A stretch of DNA of 64,000 bases from a virus: IMG/VR virus record IMGVR_UViG_3300031707_000008, positions 1 through 64,000 of that record; one strand, written 5' to 3'. How positions within the stretch are numbered: position 1 is the first letter of the stretch; every line of letters begins with the position of its first letter. A program made the position numbers and the translations under genes. This document shows, in pieces, positions 37,763 to 48,109 of this stretch. The notes beneath the pieces are model-generated. The model was not told the DNA's origin. It was given only the letters and a program-made list of their open reading frames with translations, and did no database searches.

Positions 37763-38093
37763 GGTAACGCCTGCGGCACGTGGTGAAATTCGAACATTGT
37801 CCCCCGGGGAAACTTTGTGTGTTAACACATCGGGGACGTTTCTTGATTCGTTAACACTCGATTCCTTATTGACAACCGCAGAAGAATTTCGTTACAAATT
37901 TCGTGTTTGCTCAATAGATCTTGAGCGACAACGTGAATTGTGTGACGAAAGTATTGCCTTCCGGGATACTTTGTGGCAAATGCGTTTAGATGCTGTGGTT
38001 GAGCAACACCCTTGGTTTTCGAATGCGTATTTCGTTTACATGTGGGGAGTTGTGTCTACAATCGGAATCTTTTTTGTTGCTTCACGTTTTTGA
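37698..38093 (+). CDS. Exported protein with C-terminal TM, overlapping the previous gene (spanin partner-like)
   Basis: Signal peptide, coiled coil, terminal hydrophobic segment. Confidence 0.5.
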   Translation: MMRRNLLLLIAFMICWTLTSREVTPAARGEIRTLSPGETLCVNTSGTFLDSLTLDSLLTTAEEFRYKFRVCSIDLERQRELCDESIAFRDTLWQMRLDAVVEQHPWFSNAYFVYMWGVVSTIGIFFVASRF

Positions 38094-38165
38094 TGTGTGA
38101 AGACACGGGACCATTCCGTATAATTTTTTGAAGGATTGAAGTTCTTTTCTTTATGGAGGTGATTC

Positions 38166-38615
38166 GTGCCTACTTTTGAATATGTTGTTGAAGGTTCTTT
38201 CGATGCGGCACATTCTTTACCAAATTATGATGGTCCTTGTAAGTTCTTGCATGGTCATACATGGAAGGTGAGGATTCTTGTATCAGTTTTCGTGATGGAG
38301 CAGTTATTTCGAGAATTAGAAGGATTGTTGATTGATTTCAAGTTGATAAAGAGTTGTTTCCGCAAATATGACCATACACATCTTAATGCTTCCTTCCCGT
38401 TTCCCTTTCGCCCAACTGCAGAAACACTTGCGTGTACAATTTGGAGTGATTGTTATAACGCGATTACGCGTGTTGATCCGACACTAACAATTCAACGTTT
38501 GTGTGTTGAATTGTGGGAGTCTGTTGATTCTTGCGTAACTATTCGTGCGGGTGCAGAATGTGCTTGTTGTGTTGATACGATGAAGCGCTATGTGGAAGGT
38601 TGTATAACTCCATGA
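38166..38615 (+). CDS. queD: 6-carboxy-5,6,7,8-tetrahydropterin synthase
   Basis: FDAAHSLPNYDGPCKFLHGHTW, IDF, DHTHLN, PTAE, LWES. Confidence 0.95.
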   Translation: MPTFEYVVEGSFDAAHSLPNYDGPCKFLHGHTWKVRILVSVFVMEQLFRELEGLLIDFKLIKSCFRKYDHTHLNASFPFPFRPTAETLACTIWSDCYNAITRVDPTLTIQRLCVELWESVDSCVTIRAGAECACCVDTMKRYVEGCITP

Positions 38616-39271
38616 TAAAGGAATGTCTTGAGTCCTTGCAAATAACATTGCGTTCCTTGGGTTTACCCATTGGCAAAATTGATGGGATTTGTGGCCCAAG
38701 GACAGAGTTTTGTACAACGTTTGCAATGCATGAACTATGCAAGACGGGTATAATTGAAGAAGTGTTGCATTCACCCTTGGATAATAACTTGAGTAAGGCA
38801 CTTGTGTCACTCTTGCAAAGTTATATGCAAACATATTACGGCGTAGGGTGTCGTTTGAATTGGTGGATTACGTTGTTGCATCGTCAAGTAGGAAAACCTT
38901 ACAATTTTGGCATTGAAATTTCCGCGACGGATCCCAATCCGTCAGCATTCGATTGTAGTGAATTGATTGAGTGGTCTTTAAAGCAGTTCGACATTGATAT
39001 CCCGGATGGGGCGAACAATCAATTTGAGTTTTGTGTGAAAAACGGTAGAGTTATTCCGAAGGAACGTTTGTTGGATACAAAAGGTGCGTTTGGTTTTATT
39101 CATGGTAAACGTGACCACTTTGTGGGGAAGATTCACGTGGGTGTTGCCGATGGGGTAGGAAATATGATTGAAGCTCGTGGCAAAGCTTATGGTGTAATCG
39201 TTTCCCCTGTCGATTTGTCGCGATGGACGCACGCGTGTGTGTTACCCTTTTTGCAAGAAGGAGTGGTGTAG
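38612..39271 (+). CDS. Endolysin: peptidoglycan-binding domain + NlpC/P60 peptidase
   Basis: LQ..L..LG...GKIDGICGPRT; QVGKPY, AFDCSEL, HVG, MIEARG. Confidence 0.85.
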   Translation: MIKECLESLQITLRSLGLPIGKIDGICGPRTEFCTTFAMHELCKTGIIEEVLHSPLDNNLSKALVSLLQSYMQTYYGVGCRLNWWITLLHRQVGKPYNFGIEISATDPNPSAFDCSELIEWSLKQFDIDIPDGANNQFEFCVKNGRVIPKERLLDTKGAFGFIHGKRDHFVGKIHVGVADGVGNMIEARGKAYGVIVSPVDLSRWTHACVLPFLQEGVV

Positions 39272-39903
39272 TGGAAGAAAAAGATGATGTAGAGTGTTGC
39301 GAAGCAGAAGAAGAACTTTTTGCAAGATTGTACTGGAAGCGGTTACTACCAATTGCTGTACGAAAGATGCTTGATGATTTCGGTTTGGTAGGGCAGCACT
39401 TTGTTGAAACACCAGAGCGTGTGACGAAAGCTTTCGCGGAATTACTTGAGTTTACACATGACGATGTAAGATTGGCGGAATTACATGAATTATTTACGAG
39501 ACGTTTCTCGACTAACTCGTCGGGTATGGTTATATACCGTGATTTACAGGCGAGTTCTGTGTGTCCGCATCACCTTCTTCCGGTTTTGTATGAGGTAGTG
39601 ATAGGGTATATTCCGCGGGAGTTTGTCCTAGGTGCATCGAAATTCGCGCGAGCTGTTCGCGTTATTGCTGCCCAACCTGTCACACAAGAAGCCTTTACGG
39701 ACCAGGTTGCAGACGAATTCTTTAAAGCTTTAGACGCACGTGGGGTTATTGTTATGGTTCAGGGCACGCATACATGTATGTGTTCACGCGGGGCGAAGAC
39801 AAATTCGAAGATGTTGACTTCTTCAGTTCGTGGTATTTTTGCTGCAGAAGATACCGCGAAACAAGAATTCTTTAATGTGTTGCGAACCATGCCGGGAAAT
39901 TGA
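39271..39903 (+). CDS. folE: GTP cyclohydrolase I
   Basis: ETPERV, SVCPHHLLP, GASKFAR, QE, HTCMCSRG. Confidence 0.95.
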   Translation: MEEKDDVECCEAEEELFARLYWKRLLPIAVRKMLDDFGLVGQHFVETPERVTKAFAELLEFTHDDVRLAELHELFTRRFSTNSSGMVIYRDLQASSVCPHHLLPVLYEVVIGYIPREFVLGASKFARAVRVIAAQPVTQEAFTDQVADEFFKALDARGVIVMVQGTHTCMCSRGAKTNSKMLTSSVRGIFAAEDTAKQEFFNVLRTMPGN

Positions 39904-39916
39904 GGAGGTTAACTAA

Positions 39917-41602
39917 ATGTGTTCGGTTGGAGGTTTTATTGTACACGAATTTAATCTTGCGAATGCTTCAAGAATTCAGCGGATTTTGTCTAGATTCGAT
40001 TCTTTGATTTTAGAAGGGACTGAACGCGGAAGAGATGCATGGGGGAGTGTCTTGTTGTGGAAGGACGGGGAAGCATTCCATAAGTTGGTGTCAAAGGGAA
40101 TTGGTTGTGCGACTTCTGAAGAACTTGAAAACAAAATGTGGAAGGGCATTCGGGAATTTTTAACTACATCGCCTAAAGCAAAACTTGTTGCAGGCATTTT
40201 TAATAATCGTGCAGAACCCACAACAGAATGGATCAAAGAGAAAACTCTTGAAACGGTACAACCGTTTTCGTTTGGTGATATTGATCTTGCGCATAATGGT
40301 ACGATCGCGAACGATAAGGATTTGTACGCAACGTTGGGTTTACCTGTCGGTAGTGTGGATTCTCAAGTTCTCCCCCGAGTATTGCAATCGAATTGGTCAC
40401 CGAATGCGCATAGACACTTGGGTGAGTTGTGGAATTTATTCACGAATACTGTAAAGGGGAGTTTTGCAATTACTTTCTTGCATAAGGCAGATCCTGAGGC
40501 ACTTTACGTTGGTACAAACTATAAACCGTTGTTTTTGATTCGCGATCGACAACTTGATACGACGTTTGTCACTTCGATCCCGCATACATACTCAATTTTT
40601 AGCGAACGTTCTGCAGCAGAACAAGTTTCTCCATATTCGTGGATGCGCTTAACTGCTAAAAGAGAAGTTGAATCATGTGATTTGTGGACGGAAGAATCTT
40701 TGTTACCTTGCACACAAGAAGATTTGATGTCTCTTAAACCTCGCCCTGTCGTTGTCATTTGCAGTGGAGGTTTGGACTCAGTAACAGCCGCCACTTTATA
40801 TGTAAAGGATTCACGAAGAATCTTTAACGTACACTTGTTTCATGCATTATACAAATGTAATGCAGAAACAAGTGAAATTTCTGCTATAGAACGTGTTGCC
40901 AACACTTTAGGAGTTCCTTATGTGACCGCGTGTGTTCCTTTCTTCAAGGAATGGGGGCATTCTCCGATCTTAGATGACAACGTCACCGATTACTCGCATC
41001 GTAATGCTGGCGAGAGTGGAGCGGAATTTGCCTTCGAATGGGTCCCTGCACGAAATCTTGTATTGTACGCGATGGGGTTGGCTTACTTGGAAACGTTAGG
41101 TGGTGGAGAGTTAATTTCCGGAATCAATTTGGAGGAAGCGGGTGCGTATCCCGATAACGAACAAGCTTTTATACGAGCTTTACGCAAAGTTGTTCCCTTT
41201 GCAGTGCGTGCTTACATCAACATTCGATTGCAATTACCGGTTGCAAATTTGATGAAGCACGAGATCGTGAAGTTGGGAATTGGTCTTGATGCGCCTCTTC
41301 AACATACATGGAGTTGTTACAATAGTGCAAAACAACATTGTGGATCGTGTGGTCCTTGTTACATGAGACAAAGAGCTTTTGCGATGAATCACGCGATCGA
41401 CCCCGTTGATTACAAGTTTGTTCCTGAAGGTTTGTGGAAAGATTGTGAAACTTGGGTTGTTGCCCAAAAACGAATTGTTGTCAGCAAAGACTTTCAAGAA
41501 TTGTTAGCAATGGTGAGGTTGCAATGTCAGATGCAATCCTATCCGTTGGAAGTATTTGGACGCGCGTTGACGCAGTCAATCCCAACGGTTCAGCAAGAAT
41601 AA
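39917..41602 (+). CDS. queC: Gat-QueC fusion (class II glutamine amidotransferase + 7-cyano-7-deazaguanine synthase)
   Basis: N-terminal MC, ERGRDAWG, HNGTIAND, DS; SGGLDS, VPARN, YPDN, TWSCY, HCGSCGPC. Confidence 0.93.
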   Translation: MCSVGGFIVHEFNLANASRIQRILSRFDSLILEGTERGRDAWGSVLLWKDGEAFHKLVSKGIGCATSEELENKMWKGIREFLTTSPKAKLVAGIFNNRAEPTTEWIKEKTLETVQPFSFGDIDLAHNGTIANDKDLYATLGLPVGSVDSQVLPRVLQSNWSPNAHRHLGELWNLFTNTVKGSFAITFLHKADPEALYVGTNYKPLFLIRDRQLDTTFVTSIPHTYSIFSERSAAEQVSPYSWMRLTAKREVESCDLWTEESLLPCTQEDLMSLKPRPVVVICSGGLDSVTAATLYVKDSRRIFNVHLFHALYKCNAETSEISAIERVANTLGVPYVTACVPFFKEWGHSPILDDNVTDYSHRNAGESGAEFAFEWVPARNLVLYAMGLAYLETLGGGELISGINLEEAGAYPDNEQAFIRALRKVVPFAVRAYINIRLQLPVANLMKHEIVKLGIGLDAPLQHTWSCYNSAKQHCGSCGPCYMRQRAFAMNHAIDPVDYKFVPEGLWKDCETWVVAQKRIVVSKDFQELLAMVRLQCQMQSYPLEVFGRALTQSIPTVQQE

Positions 41603-42942
41603 TTGAATTGGTAGATGAAGCATCTTCCTTTCTGGTAGAGGGGCATTGGTATGCCGAAGTTTATCGTATGCGTTTATGGGATGGGAAGAAACATCTTTAC
41701 CACAAGGGTTTCAAACGGTTCCCCGCTGGATTAACTTCTCGTGTAAAAGTGCATTTGGAAGCGAATGGTTTCTCGGTTGCAATCACATCGGAAATACGTC
41801 GCCCGCGTTTAAGTCCTTTCTCGCGAGAAGCGTTACGACTTCGTGGAATTGAATTGCGCCCTTATCAGATTGAAGCTATTACGAATTGTATAAACCAACA
41901 ACGGGGTTTTGTAGAATCTCCACCGGGTTCCGGAAAGACTGAAATTATTTGTGCAATTTCTAAGATTCTAAACCAATATGGTTTGCGTGTACTCGTTTTA
42001 ACACATGCTCAAGAAATTTTTGAACAATTAATCGAGCGATTCGATATGCGGAATGACGTGCGTGTAGGCAAAATTCAATCAAAGAATTTTTGTGACCCCA
42101 CACAATTCCCTGTTGTAGTGGGTATGATTCCAACAATGGGTTTGCGTGCACGTGGTAGTATTACGACTGCCTTGTCGCAATACTTGAGTTTTTTTCATTG
42201 TTGCGTTTCAGATGAATGTCATCATGAAGCTGCGGATTCTTGGTATCGCGTGGTGATGCATTGTCCGGCTACGTGGAGATTTGGTTTTTCGGCAACTCCC
42301 ACGAAACGCGGTGACGGTCGTGACATAATGTTAGTTGGTGCAACAGGGGAGTGTCTTTTTCGGATTTCTGCAAAGGAACTTGTTGAATTGGGTTTTGTCG
42401 TTCCACCCACGTGCGTTTTCTTTAACGTAAAACGAAATCACGCTTCCGATATGTCTTTTGCGGAAATTGAAGATCAATTTATTGTTCACAATGATATAAG
42501 AAATCGTCAGATTTTGAACGTTACTAGAAAGGCGGTTGAAGCTGGGGAGCAAGTTTTGATTCGTGTGCGAAGAATCGAACACGGCGTTACTCTAAGTGCA
42601 ATGAGTGAATTTCCCTTTGTCTCAGGGCAAAGTGATAGTAACGATCGACGGGAGACTTTACGTGATTTTCGTGAAGGAAGAACGCGCGCGATTATATCCA
42701 CAGTTTTGGGTGAAGGAGTGGATATTCCTGCAATTGATGTTGTGATTAATGCCGCTGGTGGGGAGTCTCGAATTCAGACCGAACAACTGCTTGGTCGGGG
42801 GATGCGCTTGAGGGAAGGGAAGACATACTTCAAGTATTTTGATTTTAATGATCAAACACGTTTGTTACAAAAGCAAGCCAACCACCGGAAGCACGCGATA
42901 GAGGAATTGGGATTTCAAGTACATTTGGAGGAAGTGAAATGA
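41524..42942 (+). CDS. Superfamily 2 helicase (UvsW-like)
   Basis: LRPYQ, PPGSGKT, DECHH, SATP, EGVDIP, QLLGRGMR. Confidence 0.92.
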   Translation: MSDAILSVGSIWTRVDAVNPNGSARIIELVDEASSFLVEGHWYAEVYRMRLWDGKKHLYHKGFKRFPAGLTSRVKVHLEANGFSVAITSEIRRPRLSPFSREALRLRGIELRPYQIEAITNCINQQRGFVESPPGSGKTEIICAISKILNQYGLRVLVLTHAQEIFEQLIERFDMRNDVRVGKIQSKNFCDPTQFPVVVGMIPTMGLRARGSITTALSQYLSFFHCCVSDECHHEAADSWYRVVMHCPATWRFGFSATPTKRGDGRDIMLVGATGECLFRISAKELVELGFVVPPTCVFFNVKRNHASDMSFAEIEDQFIVHNDIRNRQILNVTRKAVEAGEQVLIRVRRIEHGVTLSAMSEFPFVSGQSDSNDRRETLRDFREGRTRAIISTVLGEGVDIPAIDVVINAAGGESRIQTEQLLGRGMRLREGKTYFKYFDFNDQTRLLQKQANHRKHAIEELGFQVHLEEVK

Positions 42943-43205
42943 TTGCACGCGCTTTCGGGTTGCTCCCACAGCAAATTGGCATACAACGTAATTGGTTGGA
43001 ACCGGGTCAGTATAACGTATTTGATTGGATTATCCGACGAAGGTTTTTTTATTGTGAAATTTGTGGAACACGAAAAGGTTTCCCGGATACACTTACGAAA
43101 GAAATTGCGCAAAAATGTGGTTGGGGGTGTGGTGGGGTTGCTACGCGTGAATGTTTTGTTACGAAACATGTAAAGCGTTACCCCCGAAGGAGGATACCTC
43201 GATGA
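42939..43205 (+). CDS. Hypothetical protein (Cys-rich)
   Basis: ATGA overlaps at both ends; CEICG. Confidence 0.5.
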   Translation: MIARAFGLLPQQIGIQRNWLEPGQYNVFDWIIRRRFFYCEICGTRKGFPDTLTKEIAQKCGWGCGGVATRECFVTKHVKRYPRRRIPR

Positions 43206-43996
43206 GAAGGAATTGTTTGATGTTGTTTACGTTATTGTGGGGTTTGCTTGCATTTTTGGGGTGCGGTATTTTGAAACAAAACCTGCCTGTCGCAATTGCA
43301 CTTGAGGATACCATAACGGCAATTTTTACACCGGATACTTCGTTGGCAATTGCTTTTGAAGACTTCTTGTACGATCCAGAAGCGTTTGCTAAACGCGTCC
43401 CCGCTGCAGTTTTGGCACAAGTCGATACCGTAGATGCACATCTTGTTTTCTTTGGTTCAGTTAGTGGATTAACTAAAACGTTTCTTTATTCAGCTCTCCA
43501 ACCCGACACACTAAAGATGAACGTTATTGGAGTGGTTGATAGTTGTCTCCCTTCGAAACGTTATACCTATCCTGTAAAATTATTGAATGGGAGAAGACAC
43601 TATTATGCAGCGAAGGCTGAGTGGGTTCCCGCACACGGATCTCAATCACCATTTTCATCACTTGTAAGTATCATGACGGTTAATTTTACACAAGGTGCAA
43701 CTCAACCTGCTTTAATTGAACGTGTAGATTCTGTTACGATTCCTCACGTGAAATACACGCAATTGTGGGTGTGGACAACAAATCCGTATTGGGAAATTTC
43801 GTGGACACTGTCACCTACACGCGAGAAAGTTTTGGGATCGTGCTCGCACTACGATGTGTACAAACCGTTGTGTTTTTTAAACCTTTCCGACTTGGTTTTT
43901 CTCGCTAGAAAGCCTTACACGCTAACAGATTTGGTGTGGTTCGCGGGATCTTATCAAAAACCAACTTGTGATACACTCGAAATGATTAACCCGTAG
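43202..43996 (+). CDS. Putative lipoprotein
   Basis: MRR + hydrophobic segment ending AFLGC; AGGAGG RBS. Confidence 0.7.
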   Translation: MRRNCLMLFTLLWGLLAFLGCGILKQNLPVAIALEDTITAIFTPDTSLAIAFEDFLYDPEAFAKRVPAAVLAQVDTVDAHLVFFGSVSGLTKTFLYSALQPDTLKMNVIGVVDSCLPSKRYTYPVKLLNGRRHYYAAKAEWVPAHGSQSPFSSLVSIMTVNFTQGATQPALIERVDSVTIPHVKYTQLWVWTTNPYWEISWTLSPTREKVLGSCSHYDVYKPLCFLNLSDLVFLARKPYTLTDLVWFAGSYQKPTCDTLEMINP

Positions 43997-44020
43997 TAAG
44001 TTTGAAGGGAGAATTCTGTT

Positions 44021-44287
44021 GTGTTTTTAAAGTTGATGTACTTCATGGGTCCCGGGTGCAATGCTTGTAGAATTTCTTTGCCAATTATACAACGTGTCGC
44101 AACGGAATTGTCACTGCCTTTGGAAGTTGTTGATGTGTTTTTGCACCCGGAAATATCGCATAAGTTTGGTGTGAGGAGTTTACCCACAACATTGATATTA
44201 TGCGATGACGAACCCGTTGATTTTTGGATAGGTTGTTTAGAGGAAGCCAATATGTTAAAGAGGTTGTTGGTGCATGTTGCGAAATGA
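44021..44287 (+). CDS. Thioredoxin-like protein
   Basis: CNAC active site, FGVRSLPT. Confidence 0.85.
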   Translation: MFLKLMYFMGPGCNACRISLPIIQRVATELSLPLEVVDVFLHPEISHKFGVRSLPTTLILCDDEPVDFWIGCLEEANMLKRLLVHVAK

Positions 44288-44855
44288 AAATTTACGCACA
44301 ATCGACTTTATGCGCGCGTATCAAGAAGTGCGCCATGCGTTTGGAGACGATTCGTATTATTGCATGCGTGATCCACTTCAGCATCCGCGTTTTGAAATAT
44401 TCGAAAAAGCTCGTCAAAATGCTGATGTGGTGGGGGCAAACTACCGAAGTTTTGTGATGGCTTCTTTTCATGTGTTTAAAAAAATTGTCTTCCCGGAAAT
44501 GTTGATTGGCAGAGTTGCACAACAAATTTACTTGAATGCGCGTTTTTCCTTCAACAAATCCGTAGAGAATATATCTCGCGCACGCGAGATGACTGTAAAT
44601 GAAGCCTTAATAGAACAACTTCATGTATTTGACGATGTTGTAGACGTACGTGCATTCGTGTGCGATGAGAGCAATTGGGACAAGTTTCTTAACGATGCGG
44701 TTTTAGTTACGTTGATGCGTGTACTTTGTGTAGAACCCGAAAGTGAATTGAAATTATCTTCAGAGGCCTTCTTGCAAGATTGTTCTCCCGAGTGGTTGTG
44801 TGGTTTGCGGTTGTTGAAGGATAAATTTATTAATACATACGCGAGATTTGTTTGA
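44274..44855 (+). CDS. Hypothetical protein
   Basis: 193-aa ORF in operon. Confidence 0.65.
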   Translation: MLRNENLRTIDFMRAYQEVRHAFGDDSYYCMRDPLQHPRFEIFEKARQNADVVGANYRSFVMASFHVFKKIVFPEMLIGRVAQQIYLNARFSFNKSVENISRAREMTVNEALIEQLHVFDDVVDVRAFVCDESNWDKFLNDAVLVTLMRVLCVEPESELKLSSEAFLQDCSPEWLCGLRLLKDKFINTYARFV

Positions 44856-44883
44856 ACAAAACGTATATTATTAGTATAGGAGG

Positions 44884-45132
44884 TTGTTTGTGTGGGAGTT
44901 TGAAAAAGATTCATTTGCGTTGAAGGATGACAAGTTGTCGCATATGGGTATGTGTTTTCTTTTTATGCATATACTTTATAGATTAGATGTTATTTATTTT
45001 CCTGCGGGGGTACTCGTCTTTGGATGTGGAATCTTTGTAGAGATTTATCAAGTATACGTAAAAGTTGCGAAAGTTTCGTTGCACGATATTGCGTACAACT
45101 TCTTCGGGATTATATTGGCTGGGTGGTTTTGA
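44884..45132 (+). CDS. Small membrane protein (VanZ-like pattern)
   Basis: DKLSH...E.YQ...S.HD..YN..G. Confidence 0.6.
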   Translation: MFVWEFEKDSFALKDDKLSHMGMCFLFMHILYRLDVIYFPAGVLVFGCGIFVEIYQVYVKVAKVSLHDIAYNFFGIILAGWF

Positions 45133-45227
45133 TTCCAAAGGATTTTTTTCTTGAGTTTTTTTGTGGGTGACGTTGGTTTCTACCGTCCCACGACGTAAAC
45201 CTTAATCCTATGGGATTTAGGTAGGCT

Positions 45228-45422
45228 TTGGGAGGTCTGCGATTGGATGAGGTAACTGTAAGTTTGTTGATGCGGGAAAGGACAAACTATCTTGAAATTT
45301 GGACATTTTCACTTGCGACAGGGAAGGTAATAATAAAACGTGTTCTCACGCGTGTTATTCGGAAGAAGTCTGATGAATGGATACTCGTTCACGAAGGAGC
45401 GATTCTTGATGCAAAATCGTAA
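45228..45422 (+). CDS. Hypothetical protein
   Basis: Fills the operon gap; start uncertain. Confidence 0.45.
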   Translation: MGGLRLDEVTVSLLMRERTNYLEIWTFSLATGKVIIKRVLTRVIRKKSDEWILVHEGAILDAKS

Positions 45423-45732
45423 CTGGGAAGGATTGCGTCGTCGAATGTTGTTGGCGGAGAATCAATCCTTTACAGGGAAAGATATTTTACGAATGATGGT
45501 GGAACTCGATCAAAAGTTAAGTGAGACTCCCGGAGAGTTGTTAAAACATGTTGGTGTTGGGGAGCGTTTACAATTGTTGACTGCCTTGATTGATTCTTTG
45601 TTGAAAGAGACTCGTGAACTTTCGCGTGACGAATTGAGTTGTTATGTCGAACATATCGAAAGTGTCCGCGAAAGTCTGCGACGAGTGCATGAAGGCAAAT
45701 CAATTGACAATTCTTCAGAAAGTAATTCCTGA
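45409..45732 (+). CDS. Hypothetical helical protein
   Basis: AAGGAG RBS before ATG 45409. Confidence 0.6.
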   Translation: MQNRNWEGLRRRMLLAENQSFTGKDILRMMVELDQKLSETPGELLKHVGVGERLQLLTALIDSLLKETRELSRDELSCYVEHIESVRESLRRVHEGKSIDNSSESNS

Positions 45733-45749
45733 ACGTCAAGGATGTGTGA

Positions 45750-45947
45750 ATGCAAACACCCCAAAATGAGTTCATGTTGTTTATGATGTCGAATATGGTG
45801 GTGTCGATTTTTATGTGTGTTGCTTTGAGAATTTTTATGCTTTCTGCAGGATTTCTTGAAGTGACGTTTTTGAAGGTTTGCGTTGGTGTATTTGCTTGGA
45901 TTTTTTTACAGTTGTTGTGGGTGATTGTGAGGGCAAAATGTCAATAA
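45750..45947 (+). CDS. Small membrane protein
   Basis: Two TM segments. Confidence 0.55.
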   Translation: MQTPQNEFMLFMMSNMVVSIFMCVALRIFMLSAGFLEVTFLKVCVGVFAWIFLQLLWVIVRAKCQ

Positions 45948-46171
45948 AGTGCAATTGTAATTTTTGTCGTTTGCAAGATCTCCGACGAGAGGCAAAGCGC
46001 GAAGGAAAAAAACTATCCGTTTTTAGCGATGTGTGTTGGGGTGCGTATGTTTATATACATCCGAAGAATGTCATTATAGATAAGTCAATGATTGCTACAT
46101 CTGTAGTTGAAAAATATTTAGTTATGTGGCAACCAGCGTTGTCTAATCATTGTGTTGGAGGTGTTCAATGA
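45938..46171 (+). CDS. Hypothetical protein
   Basis: Overlaps both neighbours; CNCNFC. Confidence 0.55.
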   Translation: MSIKCNCNFCRLQDLRREAKREGKKLSVFSDVCWGAYVYIHPKNVIIDKSMIATSVVEKYLVMWQPALSNHCVGGVQ

Positions 46172-47499
46172 ACAACTCGTGGAAGGTCTTGCACCTTTCC
46201 GACCTTCATTTTTCGCGGCGTAATTACGATGAACTTTACAAAATCATAGATGAACAGGTTCGTCCGCGTGTAGAGGAAAGTGATGTCATTGTATTTGCGG
46301 GTGATTTGTGGGAACATCTCGTGCCTAATAACGAACTCCCATTCGAAGGCGTTATGGAGTTGTTGACGTCTTTGTTCTTTAACAAACGTCTTGTTGTGTT
46401 ATATGGCACCCCCAACCACGACGTCGCAGGATCATTGGGTTTTCTCAGAAGTTTACCACAAGCAATAATTGTTGACTACCCCACGATGGTCAACTTTGGT
46501 GATCCTTCAAATCCTTCACGTGGAGAAATTTATTTCGCTTGCTGCCCAGGCAATACACCTTACGCTGAAGCAATTGAGTTTTTCGACAAGGTTAAACATA
46601 AAGCACGTACAATCGCTGTTGCACATCACCATCTCTGGGGGGCAAATTTATCGGCGGGGATCTTGCCCCCCACGACCGAGGTATTACTTCCTGAACACTT
46701 TAAGGATTTCGCTGCCGCTATGCTAGGTCACATTCATAAACCTCAAGTACATGCCATTTCTCGAAAAACACTTCGATTGGAAAATCTAGAGAGTCATTCT
46801 GAATCTCCCACATCCCCGTGTGTCTATACGCCACCGTTGCAAATAATTCCGATTGCCTATTCGGGCTCGCTAATTCAGCTAACATCAGGGGAGTTAGAAG
46901 AGAAAACATTCTTTCTTTGGGAGTTTTGCACGGAACTCGATCCTCATATAGGGACGCCTGCTTGTGATGTGACATCAGTGCAGTCACAAATAATTGCTGA
47001 ATCGGGGGGTTTATTCGCGAGACGCATCACCGCGTATCCAACTTTCGCCGTCCCAATTTTGAAAGAAGAATTTGATCTTACGACATGCTCTTTAGAACAA
47101 TGTTTTGAACGCGTTCGTCCTTTTATCAAAGGCGCACGCTTTTTTGTTACCGTAATTTCATCACCAAGTTGTTGGGGGAAAACCGAATCACAAACGCTTC
47201 GATTAAGGGCATTAGAGTTGGGGGCGGTAGAGGTTCAATTGACACTGGTGTACTCCCAACACATTGCTACACGCATGAGAGAGATTGCACTTGTCCCGGA
47301 AGATGAGAAATTCCGTATGTATTTTGCTTCTACGCAACGTGAATTGACTCCACATGTTTTGGAATTGTTACAAGCGTTGCAAGGTGAAAACCTTCTTGCG
47401 TGTGAGATTGCTTCTATGGAAAAACAACTAGTGCCCGGGAGTGTTTGTGAAAAACTTTTTGGTGAAGCTGTAATTCGAAAGAAAGTTAAACGCGATTGA
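46168..47499 (+). CDS. SbcD/Mre11-like nuclease
   Basis: HLSDLH, AGDLW, GTPNHD, LGHIHKPQ, YSGS. Confidence 0.88.
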   Translation: MNNSWKVLHLSDLHFSRRNYDELYKIIDEQVRPRVEESDVIVFAGDLWEHLVPNNELPFEGVMELLTSLFFNKRLVVLYGTPNHDVAGSLGFLRSLPQAIIVDYPTMVNFGDPSNPSRGEIYFACCPGNTPYAEAIEFFDKVKHKARTIAVAHHHLWGANLSAGILPPTTEVLLPEHFKDFAAAMLGHIHKPQVHAISRKTLRLENLESHSESPTSPCVYTPPLQIIPIAYSGSLIQLTSGELEEKTFFLWEFCTELDPHIGTPACDVTSVQSQIIAESGGLFARRITAYPTFAVPILKEEFDLTTCSLEQCFERVRPFIKGARFFVTVISSPSCWGKTESQTLRLRALELGAVEVQLTLVYSQHIATRMREIALVPEDEKFRMYFASTQRELTPHVLELLQALQGENLLACEIASMEKQLVPGSVCEKLFGEAVIRKKVKRD

Positions 47500-47522
47500 A
47501 AAAAGCTAAAATATTTTGAGAA

Positions 47523-48077
47523 GTGTTGTTGCAGGAGGGATGTCCGTTGACAGAACGAAGTGAGAGAGAGGCATTGAATAATTGCGAACCCGTCTTAACC
47601 CATGCGCAAATTCGTAAAGCAATTTTTCGGATTGCACGCGAAATTGATTCTCGGCATAATGGTCAAGAGGTTGAGTTCGTGGTAGTATTGAAGGGTGCGT
47701 TACCATTCTTTGCGTTCTTGTTAGTAGAATTGGTGGATTGTGGAGTTGGGTACAATTACCACTTTGTTCGAGAATTGCGTGGTGGAAGGGATGAATGTTT
47801 TCTTTTTTCACCCGCAACCGTGTTGGAAGGGAAGATTGTGATCATTGTGGAGGATATTGTAGACGAAGGACTCACATTGAAGCATTTGTTAAAAAGTATT
47901 TGTGGAGTTTGCAAACCTGCTTCAATTGAGATTGCTGCGCTGGTTTCTAGGCAAGATAACCACGATTTAAAGTTAGATTACACCGGGTTTACATTGCCAG
48001 CGGGATACTTATATGGCTTTGGTTTAGACATTAATGAACGTTTTCGTGATTTGTGCAACATTTATGTGTCGAAATGA
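47523..48077 (+). CDS. hpt: Purine phosphoribosyltransferase (HPRT-like)
   Basis: VVLKGALPF, IIVEDIVDEGLTL, YGFGLD..E.FRDL. Confidence 0.88.
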   Translation: MLLQEGCPLTERSEREALNNCEPVLTHAQIRKAIFRIAREIDSRHNGQEVEFVVVLKGALPFFAFLLVELVDCGVGYNYHFVRELRGGRDECFLFSPATVLEGKIVIIVEDIVDEGLTLKHLLKSICGVCKPASIEIAALVSRQDNHDLKLDYTGFTLPAGYLYGFGLDINERFRDLCNIYVSK

Positions 48078-48109
48078 GAGAAAATACATTTTTGCGGAGG
48101 AAATATCCT

